NCBI GenBank assembly: GCA_029953675.1
Contig: JAMWBK010000002.1
Span: 744,001 to 808,000, forward strand
DNA length: 64,000 nt
Reading direction: 5' to 3'
Source: Rhodosorus marinus CCMP1338
Lineage: Eukaryota > Plantae > Rhodophyta
Shown here: piece after piece, positions 1-11,660 of the stretch
How the letters are laid out: each line of letters opens with the position of its first letter
Numbering within the stretch: position 1 is the stretch's first letter
The notes under the pieces: model-generated
Databases searched by the model: none
What the model was told of the DNA's origin: nothing
The model's input: only the letters and a program-made list of their open reading frames with translations
Translations under genes and position numbers: made by a program

Positions 1-933
1 CATCAGATTTAGAACCGCGTCCTAACAAGGATGGTGACATGTGGCCGAGGGGCAATCATCTTGAAACCTCAAACTTATATTTAAATTAATATAGTGGTAG
101 AGAATGTTTACTTGTCAGGGGGGTCGTGAACCGATTCTACGCTCGACCTGGTGTTCTAAAAGTTCTCAAATCTGAGCAGCATTTCCGTTTGCTTTGGCTC
201 TTCCCAACCCTCTACCCAACATGATAACAAATGTATTTTAAAATAAAAAGGCTATATACAGAGAACTAACCCCTCAAGTAAATGAACTCGAACCTAATCT
301 AAGAAATCTTTCTAAATTTGTTAAGCATGACGACGGGGAGCACTAGCAATGGATTTTGGACTCCTTCGGGATAGTGACAGGTAAACTTGATAAAGGATTT
401 CTAATCGCATATTAAGTAAATATTTTGCGTTTTTCAGTGAGGGTTGAAAGAGCAGAAATGATTTATGTGTCCTATATGGTAGTAGAGTTTCGCATCAGCC
501 ATTGATGGACGGCTCCTGGGTAGACGGTCGGGGATAAGAATCTTGTCTGGTGTTGCTGGTGCAACAGAGGTTGTGGGGGAGGTGGGGACGGGCTGACGAT
601 GTTGACTGGTATTCGTGGGGAGAGGTTGAAAAAGTGTCTGTCTCTCTTTCTCTAGTGAGTCTAGAGAGTTTTTCGGGCCATTGAGGAATTGTAGGTGTTT
701 CTTTGTTGTAGCCTTTTTTGGGAAGGGCTATACCGGGCATTGCCGAGAGTCGCTGGGATGCGACGCGGTTGGGTTGAGCAGGACGGGATTTGGTTTATGG
801 GGCTGGTAGTTGGTGGAGTGAACTCGGCTGATTTAGGTACTTTTGTGGTTGACGAGAGACTTGCCTTGGCCAAGAACTTGGCGTTCTCTTTCGAAAGGAA
901 GGAGGCATTCGGATAGCACGGTCATAAACGGAG

Positions 934-3681
934 ATGGCGCCGGTGCCACTTGAGCCTAAAGTATCTGGCGAGGTGAGTTGATTTACTTAAGAACTGGGTG
1001 AAGCAAGTTCTACGGACGGATCACGAACTGCTGGCTGACAGATCGTCAATTCGTTGAACCAGAATTTCTCGCAGACACCTACTATTTCTAACTCATCCGG
1101 GTTTGAGGGACCAGAGAAGAGGCTGGAGATATATTTTCGACCTGTGGATGACCTGACAAAGGTCATCGAGTTGACGGAGGGGCTTCGAACAGTTTCCAGG
1201 AATGAATGGACGGACATATTGCGCGATGCTCAATGCAGCATCTTGTCCGCAAAGAGCAACGATTATTTTGACTCTTATCTTCTGTCAGAAAGCTCCCTCT
1301 TCATTTTTTCCACGAAGTTTATGATTAAGACGTGTGGAACAACTACTCTGTTGAAAGTGGTGAGTAGTTTTCAAGATTTGAGCAGCGCATTGCGTTCAGT
1401 GAAACTCAACAACGGCTTTGGTGCTTCCTCTACAACAGATCCCGAGAGTTAATGCGGTTACTGAAAGGTTGGGCCTGGAGATGGACTATATGCAATATTC
1501 CCGTGCAAGCTTTACGTTTCCGTAAGCTGGTTGCACAATTGTGTTCGAATTACTGGAAAATTCGCTAAATGAAAATTCTCGCTGATCAATGTCTTAGGAA
1601 CCAGCAGCTGCACCCGCACACGTCGTTCCAGTCAGAAGTGGACTACTTAAACCGCTTCTTCAAAGGTGAATCGTACGTTCTCGGAACTCCGGACGGGGCT
1701 ACCAAGTGGCATCTCTATATTGCCGGAGATTGTCGAATCCCAACCAACGATCAAGGTTTTGAAATTTTCATGTTCGATCTGGACGAGCGTTGCATGAGTC
1801 ACTTTTTCAACGTGGACGCGGACGGAACGAAAAGGTTTGGCAGTGCTCACGGGGCCACCACGTCAGAAAATAGTGGAATCACTCGTATCATGTCCGAGGG
1901 ATCGATTCTGGACGCGTACAACTTTGAACCATGTGGCTACTCCATGAACGGACTTGAGAATAGCAGCTATTATACGATTCACATAACGCCGGAACCTCAG
2001 TGCTCCTACGTTTCGTTCGAGTGCATTCTACCGCTGGATGACTTCACCAGCATCCTTGCAACTGTTCTGGACGTGTTTAAACCTGGAAAATTTAGTATTG
2101 CCCTGCATGCGGATATAACCGCCCCAGCCGCAGTGTACGGTCTGAAGGAGTTGTTGGGCAAGGAATCTCCATGGGGATACCAGGCTGTAGGTGACAGCAC
2201 TTTCCTCCGCATGAAGACGGTCACTGGCCACGCTGTGTCTGCAACTGTCTGCAGTTATGTCGCTGAGAGGACTCTTCCCGTACCGACACCGGTCTTGAAG
2301 TCACCAGGACTGCGAACGCCGCGTCCTTTGCTCGACTTTAACGGGGGTTTGAAAGAGGTACTTTTTTTCGGAGCAACGTTGGGTTTTGTTCCACGATCTA
2401 TGTTATTGATAGCTAATTTCATCTGTGCAGGTCGCGATGACGTACCGAGCAGAGTTGGCCACAAAAGGCACCAGCGTGGAGGACTTTGTTGCTGAACTTA
2501 TAACAAAAAGGACTGTAATCGAGCATCCTATCTCTTTCGTTGACCTCACAGCCGTCAGCGATCGAATCGATCTCGTTCTGCAGAAGATGACGAAGCACCA
2601 TGAGTTGCGCTGTTCAGTCCAGCCGAGCTCTAATCCTGCCATTCTGAGGTTGCTCGACCATGCCGGCTGTATTTTCGACGCAAGCTCGCTGTCAGACCTT
2701 CGGAGGCTTCGAAGAGCTGGCATTAATCCTAAGCATGCAGTTCTGACGAATCCGATCTGTGGTCTAAGCAACGTCTCGAAGGCGAAGGAACTCTTCCATA
2801 CCATGCGCATATTTGATGATATGGACGAACCAACGGTGAGGCGAATAGGGTCCTCTTTCCCCGGCGCTGCCTTTGAGCTCCGTCTAATGAACCCTTTGGA
2901 GGTCTCGGTCGAATCCGTGATAGACACAGCTGAAGCCACGATCATGAACGCGATCAATGCGGGGCTCGAGCCTAGTGGAATCAGTTTTCAACTCCCTGAG
3001 GAGAGGGGCTGCAAACCGGAGGAATTCAGGAGAGCATTGGAGATTGCACACCGGCTCGTCGCAGGGTTTTTGAGGCCGGAGTGTCCCATTCCCCCTCATA
3101 AGGCTAGAGGAATTCGCCGGTTGTGCGCTGGATCGTCATTCCCCGGAGCGTCGTCTTTCTCCTGTGAAGAGTTTTCGTCTGGCGTCCGAACTGCTCTTGA
3201 CCTCGCGGACGAGTTCTTCCCACCGAGCAGCGGCATAGCAGTTGGACTAGATCCCGGAAGCTTTCTTGTTTCCTCGTCGCACTCGCTTTTGCTATCCATT
3301 GTTGCTCGACGGGATGTCCGGGAGGGAGGATTCGCGACTTACTACGTGAACGACGGGGTGTACGGGTCCCTCGCACGGCTGAAGGATCCGGCGAAGCGCA
3401 CATCGCAGGTTGCAGACCCGGTCTGCTTTGTTGGCGGCTCAAAGCAACCCTGCAAAGTGATTGGTCCCAGTTGCGAGGATGCCGACGAGCTTTGGTCTGG
3501 AGAACTCCCCCGACTGCAAGTTGGAAATTGTCTTCTGTTCCCCCGCCTTGGAGCAACGGTAGATGCGGACCCGTCCAAACACAGCATCGTTTACTTCCTC
3601 GCTACAGGGGATGGCCAACCGCAGGCCCCGCCTTCCATGCGGCTGCACGGCCATGGAAACGTCGTGAGCAGCATCTGCTAG
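934..3681 (+). CDS. SAMDC: S-adenosylmethionine decarboxylase proenzyme fused to a C-terminal ornithine decarboxylase-like (pseudoenzyme) domain; 5 exons
   Basis: Exons 934-972, 1042-1359, 1439-1521, 1598-2357, 2431-3681; all introns GT..AG and phase-compatible. AdoMetDC motifs GFEGPEKRLE, YLLSE|SSLF (pyruvoyl cleavage site), KTCGTT, YSRASFTFP, FEPCGYSMNG, TIHITPE. C-terminal fold-type III motifs YYVNDGVYGS, GPSCED, FFPPSSGI. Confidence 0.9.
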
Positions 3682-4492
3682 GTTTTGCCGAAGGCTGCTC
3701 AGTTATTATTAGGCTGTCGCTTTATTTTGTTTTAAAAATAAAAATTGGATTTGTGCAATCGAGTCAAGGCTGTCAAGCTACCTGTTCCACTTTAAATGTG
3801 GTATGTTATTCTGTGCGTACTCCACCTAAGCACTTCCTCCCCTCACCCTCCTCAACCTGCTTGCTTGCAGCCTTTGGTGGGTGGGTATTCCCAAGCTCTA
3901 GACAAAAGGCTAATAATTACTATTGTTCAATCACTCGTATATCGTTTCATAGATATTCAAGAGCCGACGAGAATAATTACGATTATACTATATATGTTTT
4001 ACAAATAATAAATTAAATTAAGCTACATCATTTGTATTATTTAAAGATGATATATTTATATCTTTTTGTGAAATTATTGTGACATCTAATAAAATATTTG
4101 GTTTATACTGGTAAAACTAATTCAATATTGTTTATTTATTATGGTATGTCTTTTATTGATTCCGCAGGTTTTGGACGCTGTCAATGGTTTTGAAGTCGCT
4201 GGGGTAGACAGAGTTTGGATGGAGGGGGCTGATTGTAGAAGGTAAGAAGAAATGCTCTCCTCTTTTAGGAGAGAAAAGAGCAAAGGGGTGATGGAGAATT
4301 CAGTAACGTGAAGTCAATATATTTAAGCAACGTGAAAAGAACGAGTTTTCTGAAGAAGACTCTTGAAACGACTTCGCCGGTAGCAGTCGGGAGAACTGAG
4401 GCTGGACGGGGTTAGGGCTTCTAGAAGGGGCGGCAAGCGAGGCTTTTCCTGACTAGTTGAGAACCTTGCTCGATTGGAGCACAGTCCTGGAC

Positions 4493-5241
4493 ATGCAAGG
4501 ATTCGGATTCAAGGTTAAAGGCCGTAAAGGTCAACAAACTGCGACGAAAAGCAATCAAAACGATGGGTTCAACGCGGAAGAAGACGACGATGAGAGGGGA
4601 ATCGCTGACGGAAGAAAGTACGTTGCCACAGTAGGACTGGAGGAGAACGAAGAAAAGAAGGAATTACAGGACAAGGTAGAAGACCGTATTATTCCTGTCG
4701 TTACCAAGGATAGCGGATCGTCACAGATCGAACGGTTGATGAAGAAGAGGCAGCAGTACGCAACACCCTTCATCGATAAGCCTCCGAGCATCGTGAACTA
4801 ACTACATCGCAACATTTACGGAATTTCTTCGAACTCTTAGGCTTAAACAGGAAGGAATTTCAATGGACGAGGATGCAATTTTCAGACGAGACATTGAATC
4901 TCTACCGGAAACCTCTGCGGACAGTTACAACAGGCTTCCAGTTGAAAACTTTGGAAAGGTGCGGAAGTCCGGAGATTTCAGAAAATCCAATAAAAACCCG
5001 GAGAGCACATGAGAAGTTCTATCTCAACTTTGGGTTTTTGTGTCATCTTCAGATGCTGCTGAAAGGGATGGGATGGCAGGAAGGCACTGACAAGCACGTC
5101 GAGGTGAAGCAGCCGAAGATACGACAGCCGAGATTAGGCCTGGGTGCAACGCCACTACCTCCAGATGAGGCGAAGCAGAAGAGAAAATTGGACAAGATAA
5201 AACTCGCGAAGATGGCTGCAAGCGTGGACAAGAAAACGTAA
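4493..5241 (+). CDS. Spp2/GPKOW/MOS2-like G-patch spliceosomal protein
   Basis: Exons 4493-4755, 4841-4958, 5053-(5237/5241) join in frame to give LPVENFGKMLLKGMGWQEG...PRLGLGA, a G-patch of the Spp2 type. Confidence 0.8.
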
Positions 5242-5440
5242 TCATCTCGCAAGAAAACAAACAACGGAGAAAATCTTTCCTTACCCGTTAAGAAACGCGT
5301 AGACTTTCAGCGTCAATAACGTGTTTGGGTGACGCCGTGTCCTTTCATTCCAGTGCAGAGATCCTCGTTTGGTTTGGAAGGAAGGTCAACGTGATCAGTC
5401 ATTTTCTCAGCAATTCCCTTTCGTATTGTTCCGTTTCCAG

Positions 5441-6142
5441 GAAAACTGGTGCAGAGAACGGAGGCAGTGGGCAGGATCGGTCAAATGAAAGGTATGAAGA
5501 TTGCTTTTGCCTCTCTGTGAAAGAGTCTTTCTGCGGTGCTCAGCTTGGCTTCTTGGGATTTTGACGTATGTGCAGGGATCGGATAAGTTGCGGTGGTGGT
5601 GATGCTGGTTCGCCCCAAGTGGATGTGAAGGATCTCGCGGAGGATCGGCGTGAAGGGAATGGAGTAGGCCCCGGGCAGGTTGGTAATGGCCGCGACCGCA
5701 ACCGTGAGCGATATCACGACTTTGGTGGCCATCGGAGGCGGGATAGAGAGAGAGATAGGGGACGACAGAGTGATAAGAAAGGGTACAGAGATAGAGACAG
5801 AGAGAGGGATAGAGACCGAGGGCGGGACAGCGAAAGGGATCGAGAGCGGGACAAAGTCAGGGATAGGGATACAGGCAGAGGAAGGGACAGCGACAGAGGC
5901 AGAGATAGAGCATGGGATTCAGAGAGAGGCGACAAAAGGGACAGGTACAGGGAAAGGGAAAGGGAAAGGGAAAGGGACAGGGACAAGGACAGGGACAAGG
6001 GCAGGGACAAGGGTAGGGACAAGGACAGGGACAAGGACAGGGACAGGGACACACATAGAGACAAGGACAGGAACAGAGAAAGAGACCGAGACAGGGACCG
6101 AGACAGGGGCCGAGACAGGGACAGGGACAGGGATAGGAACTT

Positions 6143-6213
<71 letters not shown>

Positions 6214-6317
6214 CACATAGAGACAAGGACAGGGACTCAGAAAGAGGTCTAGACCGGCGAAGGGATAGAGGAAGCGAAAGAGGAAAGGACAGGGACACAG
6301 AAAGGGATAGATCCTGA
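5441..6317 (+). CDS. Arg/Asp-rich (RD) low-complexity exons, probably the C-terminal part of the G-patch protein
   Basis: Donor gtaatc at 5238 to acceptor ttccag at 5440 is phase-compatible, as is intron 5492-5575. The ORF to 6317 is (DR/ER)n. No independent in-frame ATG model fits as well. Confidence 0.55.
5690..6310 (+). repeat. Coding hexanucleotide microsatellite (GACAGG)n encoding Asp-Arg
   Basis: Degenerate GACAGG/GATAGA units with a perfect run of ~11 copies at 6144-6209. Confidence 0.95.
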
Positions 6318-7080
6318 GCGCTAATTCCTGAGACCTTTTATGCAGAGCCTTGGGGTTCAATGGCCGGGTACTTTCGACTTTGCTTAAAAAGTCATTGGAC
6401 GTGCTGTCAAGTATACGAGCGTCGGTGAGGGGGTCTGGGGGTCTACTGTGTTAAAACTGAGCTTATCGGAACATTCCGAATCGTGACACATCTAACTTGC
6501 TTCGAACTCGTCGTGCGAAACCAAAATTTTGACATTCTGCGGTGAAAAAACGTAACTTCTGCTATATGTATTCAACGACATTCAGACCCTGCTTCCCAGG
6601 AAATCAAGGTCCGCAAACAAATCTTTTTTTGAAACATCACTGGTTCCTGGAGTAGCCGTCGGCGTCGGTCTAGTCGCTCCGAGACGCTCTGTCGATTCAC
6701 CGACTATTGCTCTGACCACGCCAGCAAGCTGGTCGGCAGCCGCCACAGCAGCACTTCCACTGATTTCATTGCGAAAATGTGAATCGCGTTACCACGGCTG
6801 GTCCTTGCGACCACCCAGCACCCAGACCTTGCAGGAACTCATCACGAGCTGCAAGCTTTCGTCCGGTAGCTCATATCCTCTTTCAGTACGCGCAGAAGAT
6901 TGTCCGATTACTTGCAAAAGACTAGCCACTAGAAAACGAGTAGAAAACGAGTACCTCATTGCGAACTAACAGCGCGTAGCTCACGTTCCTCTTTTACAAG
7001 AAGGGAATGTCGACCTTGCTAAGCTAGGGTTGCAACCGCCCACAACCTCCATCGTCCTCAGATCAACGGGTCGTATGTGA

Positions 7081-7312
7081 GTTGGGCTTTCTAATGGAGC
7101 TTCGCATTCCTGACTATGCTTGAAGGAGATTACCAGTATTGTTTTCTTCTTCCCCATCGAAGGGAGGGAACGGTGGTGAGGTTAGGTATCTCATATGATT
7201 TGAGTAAGAGGTCACATTTGCGTTGGTCTTTCGACTGGAACTTCACGTTCCTGACGATCCTTGAAGACATATCGATCAGCTTTGTATATTCTTCCTCATC
7301 GAAGGAAGGGAA
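7081..7312. repeat. Degenerate direct repeat, two ~90 bp copies with 141 bp period
   Basis: 7081-7170 and 7222-7312 share gttgg.ctttc, ttcctgac, cttgaa and catcgaagg.aggg; roughly 70% identity by eye. Confidence 0.7.
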
Positions 7313-7505
7313 AGGGGAGAGGATAGGAATCTCAATGGCTGAGGACGCTGCGTACAGATTGATTGGCGCTTGAGGAGGATATTGCCGTTCGAAGCATTTT
7401 TCCTTCCTGCTGGCCCCAAGTTCGGGGTTCGGGGGTTTGGTCGAGAGGAAAGCACCTTCGAGCTGAACGAAGGTGGAAAGGCCCGCCCTCAGGAGGAGGC
7501 CTCAA

Positions 7506-10500
7506 ATGGACAGGCCGAGGAAGAGTTTCAGGAAGGTTCTAGCTGACTGGAATTTACAATGGAAGCTTCTTGGGCAACAGCGGAGAGGATTCGGGCTAGT
7601 TCTTGTCGGGGTTTTGCTCACCGCCATCTTTCTTATTGTTTGGATCCGGGGTGGTCGGGTTTCTGTTCTTCAGAATCTTGTCTCGGCGGCAAAGAGGACC
7701 GCCTGTCCATGTCTGAGATCGGATTCGAACGCGAAAAGTCTACTGTCTGTAGCTGTAGGTGTTCGTGTGTTTTTTCTTCTGACTTTCCCTCTTCGCAATT
7801 CTGTCATCCACAAGACGCGTAGATTGTGCTGAATTTGGAACCCGTGCGTTGTCTGATTACAGGGATTCGTCTCAAAGGCATACCATAAAGGCTTTTCAAA
7901 AGATCGGTTGTACGCCATCTTCGGTACCCGGAGGATGTATTCTGGACCGCTTCAAGTCGCTCACCTTGACATTGCGGTGAAGCTCGATGACCTTCAGATA
8001 TGTACAAACCTCGTAACTGCGGAGGGAAGCGCTCTGGAAAGGCTCGGTGAGATCCCTACCGTCGTACTTTGACTCTGGGATGAGATGGGCCCGCGAGTCG
8101 AGAACCTCCACTGCGGACTCACCTCGGGGCCTCGAACATGACTGCAATTCCAGGAAATTACTTCTCCAAGGAAGAGTCCTACTTGATGATCGCCGGAGAC
8201 ACACAGAGCATCTCCCTCGTCTGCCAATGGAACACCAGAGAGGACCTGATCCTGTTGCAGCCGATTAGCTGTGGTTCAGTTTTGTTAACGAAATGGGCTA
8301 TGGTGAATCGCTCTGTTCAGAAGGTATTGAACAGAGAAGATGGTATGAGCAGACTTCCTCTCTTCGAGTCAGACTTCAGAAATGGAAATTTTGGCTAATC
8401 CAGTAGACTGCGTGCTGTTCTTCGTCGTGCTCCAGAATCAAATCGACAGCTGTGGTGGAGGCGGACTGGTCCTGCCGAACCAGAATCAGAATGGTAAGAA
8501 GATGAGTGTACAACTGACGTCCACTGGCCTGATCTTGAAGTACTAGATTCCCGCCATCTCTGTTATATGGGAGTTTCCCGCGAGGTGGACGGCAAAGGAA
8601 GTCATCTACTGTGATCTGGAAGCAAGCGCTCGAGTGCACCTGCACGCATGAGCGGAGGAAAGCCGCTCTGGTACTTCCTCTCAAGATCACAGCAGGCGCT
8701 TTTCACTGCTGCTTCCAAGCTTGGGTAATCTCACATACGCAGTGAGGTTGAGCCCAGTTCTATCTCTCGCATCGACTTGGCAAGGGGGAAGGCCCGATTT
8801 TCACTCGACTCGATGCGAAAGATTCCAACGCCCTTCCCCAATCTACACTTCGGTGGATTTTTAGTGACAATCTGCTTGCTATGCGAGGGCCTTCTTCTTC
8901 AAGTCTAAGCGCCTTCAGAACCACTGAGACATTCAGGTTTTCTTTCAATCTATTGCCGATATGTGCTCCGCGTTCGGCTCAGGTGGTTGGAGGACGGGAT
9001 AAGCATTGTCACTGCGGTTATGGATCGAACTGCACAGTTTATCGAAGCAGTGAAAAGCTGGAGCTCGGCTCAAGGCGTAGACGAGATAGTAGTGGTAGAT
9101 TGGAGTTCTCAGAGAAGCGTTAGATCTGAGTTGGCCAAAGCAGCACCTGAAATCCTCTCGGACCCAAGGTTCAGGATCTACCGCGTTGAGGTCTGTCATC
9201 AAGATTTAGTGAGGCTGCAATTTTTTCCTTACCCTCCAGCTGATAACCATCTTTTCGCGCTCTTGTATCTCACGTCGGTTTACCTTGCGTTTCACAGAAT
9301 GAAAGCAGATGGGTGTTGTCAAGAGCGTTCAATCTTTGCGCGAGATTGGCTCGGAGGAGGCAGATCTTTAAGGCTGACGGGGATACGGCGATAAGCGGGG
9401 ATTTCTTTAAAAAGCACAGATTGCAGCCGAACCAGTTCTTTGGGGGGGACTGGAAGGAACTGGATGATGTACATATGAACGGCGCACTATATCTGTACCG
9501 CTCTGACTTTTTTGGAGTGAATGGGTGAGATGACAAAGCCGCCGATTTCGCAATAGAAAACAGAGCTTTCTGAGCTGACCCGCTTTTTTTTTCGCTGCTC
9601 GTGTAGCTACGATGAAAGGCTTACAACCTACGGATGGGATGACAGCGATTTAGCTGCTCGGTTGGTAGAAGAACGAGGGCTGGCGTTCTCTGAATTCGAC
9701 CGTACCTCGCTGCACTCTGTCAACCACCCAGATTTTCTCAGGCTTCAAAAGCAAACTGTATGAACGGCCTACCCCGTAGTTTTCCTCGTACCCTTGAGTT
9801 CCCCAATATTCTAACCCACGCATGGCGCTACGTGTAGGCCCTTGCGCTTGTAGATGTGAAGAACGTGTTTGGCCCAGCAATCGAAGTACAGCGGAACAGA
9901 ATCATGCTCACGAAAATGGGCATCTCTCAGTGGGGAGATGGATACGCGGGTGTCCACTATAACCTGGAGATGCGAAGCATGTCCCTTCGCGGGCTACCAC
10001 CTCAAGAGCTGCAGGCTAGCACCCGAGTAGGGCCTCGCTTCAGTTATCGTCGGACACTGGACACGCTTCGGTTGTACTGACGCTGGACGAGCTTTCGCGT
10101 ACAGGTTAAATCGATTGAGGAGGAACTGACGAAAGAGCAGATTGAGGATGCTTCCAAACGCGCTATTCGAATTATACTGACCAGGAAGGCGATGGTGGAA
10201 CCTTTCCCGGCTGACTACTCCTTGAGTTTCTACCAGGAACTCGCAAGTGCTCTCGGCGACCCTAAGTCTTTTGTTCACTGGAACGTGATTTTGGACGGGA
10301 CACTTGCTGAGAGAATCCTTGCGCTCTCGGCTGTTAGGTAAAATTTCATATCCACATACTCTCCGGTTTTGTTGGAATGCGTATAAATTCTGCTGACCAG
10401 CAGTTTTACTTTTTTGTTCGTCAGGGCGTTGAAGGATACTACTAACAAAAAACACGCGTGGTATGTGACGTACACTTGGGTGTCGCCGACCGATTCCTGC

Positions 10501-11434
10501 AATTGCAATTTATCCTCATTGGTTAACCAGCATGATCTCCCGCTGAGGGAGGTTCGGAGCCCAGACTCGAAGTTTGACTATGAAGAGGTACGATCAATGC
10601 TTAGGAGCCTCCCTGCCTAGTACTTGTCACATTTGTAGTTTTCATGTGATAAACTATGTTGTTCCTTGTCCAGCAGGTTACCGACGTCACTGAAATGAAG
10701 TCTCAGGGCGAACTGGGAGACACTCTGAACGTGAGAATTCGTTGCGGGGTGCCCATTAATTTTGAGTTGAAGGAACAGGTTCGAAGGATGCTCCGGGATT
10801 GGATTCCGAGTGATTCAGCTCTTGTGAGTGATGCAAACATACTCTTAGCATACGTTCGAGCTTCGTTTGGGATTGTCTTTAGAGCCTGTCTTTAGAGCTG
10901 TGGGGCAGTTCTTAGTACTTTGACGTGAAATCCTCCCTGATGAATTCCACCTCGCACAACGGAGCATTGCTCGGAGGCTGGAATCGGCTGTTTCAGCTGT
11001 TTCTAGAACAGAGAAAGTCTCATCCGACGTTCTTTCGTGTCTCTGTGGGTTCTCGCAAAATGTCCAGGCTCCCTTAAGAAAGCTCAAGGTGAGAGCTCTT
11101 GACCGGCATCAGCGTTGGCGTGTGGACGATAGCGGCTTCATGGGCAAGTGGACTGGTCAATCAGAGGTGAGCATTCAACCCCAAAGCGAGTGTGAGGGAG
11201 TACTTACTGTTGGCTCAACACCTGGTTGACTCCTTCGTTGGATTATCGCTGTAGATACGCGAATTTGAGGATACGGTTGATATGTTTGTTAGCGAAGAGC
11301 GATCGCGGAAAGGCCTTCAGTACTGTGACAACTCGTCATCTCCAACGTTTGCAATTTACAAGGACTATCCAGAGCTCGCGATAATACTGACTGCGCTTTA
11401 CAAGGCAAGGATACCGTGCCTTGTGGCCACCTAA
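7506..11434 (+). CDS. Multi-exon type II membrane glycosyltransferase (GT-A fold, GT2/Glyco_transf_7C-like core); exon structure only partly resolved
   Basis: N-terminal TM helix GFGLVLVGVLLTAIFLIVWI. Core exons 9020-9780 give VDEIVVVDWSS, LSRAFNLCARLA, IFKADGD (DxD-like), FFGVNGYDERLTTYGWDDSDL. Further open exons end ...IPCLVAT* at 11434. It may be more than one gene. Confidence 0.65.
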
Positions 11435-11660
11435 TCGCTTCAGGATTATTCCGATTCCGGAAAGGGGTGGGGGCAGGGGAATTGAACATCGCCATCATTT
11501 GTCTCCCTGGGAACTGGCTGTGTACTATAGACGCGGAGACGGACTCCATATGCAAATAATGAGTTTTTCTCCACTGTACAAGAACAAATATAAAAGGTCT
11601 TATGACGCTCCTGTTTTGTTGAGCAAGCTTATCACTGTACATTTTCCAAGCCGCATCACT

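Noticed and set aside
2410-2496. Antizyme-like +1 ribosomal frameshift at TGC-TGA (2490-2495) linking the overlapping AdoMetDC and ODC-like ORFs
   Set aside because: A +1 shift would enter the ODC frame, but a canonical intron with a branch-like gctaat explains the join. The T7 run at ~2362 lies in that intron and is followed by a +1-frame stop at 2407. No UCC-UGA context is present.
5680-6360. Long alternative-frame ORFs (GTGT.., SLSL.., CPCP.., VPVP..)
   Set aside because: Stop-free by-products of the GACAGG repeat.
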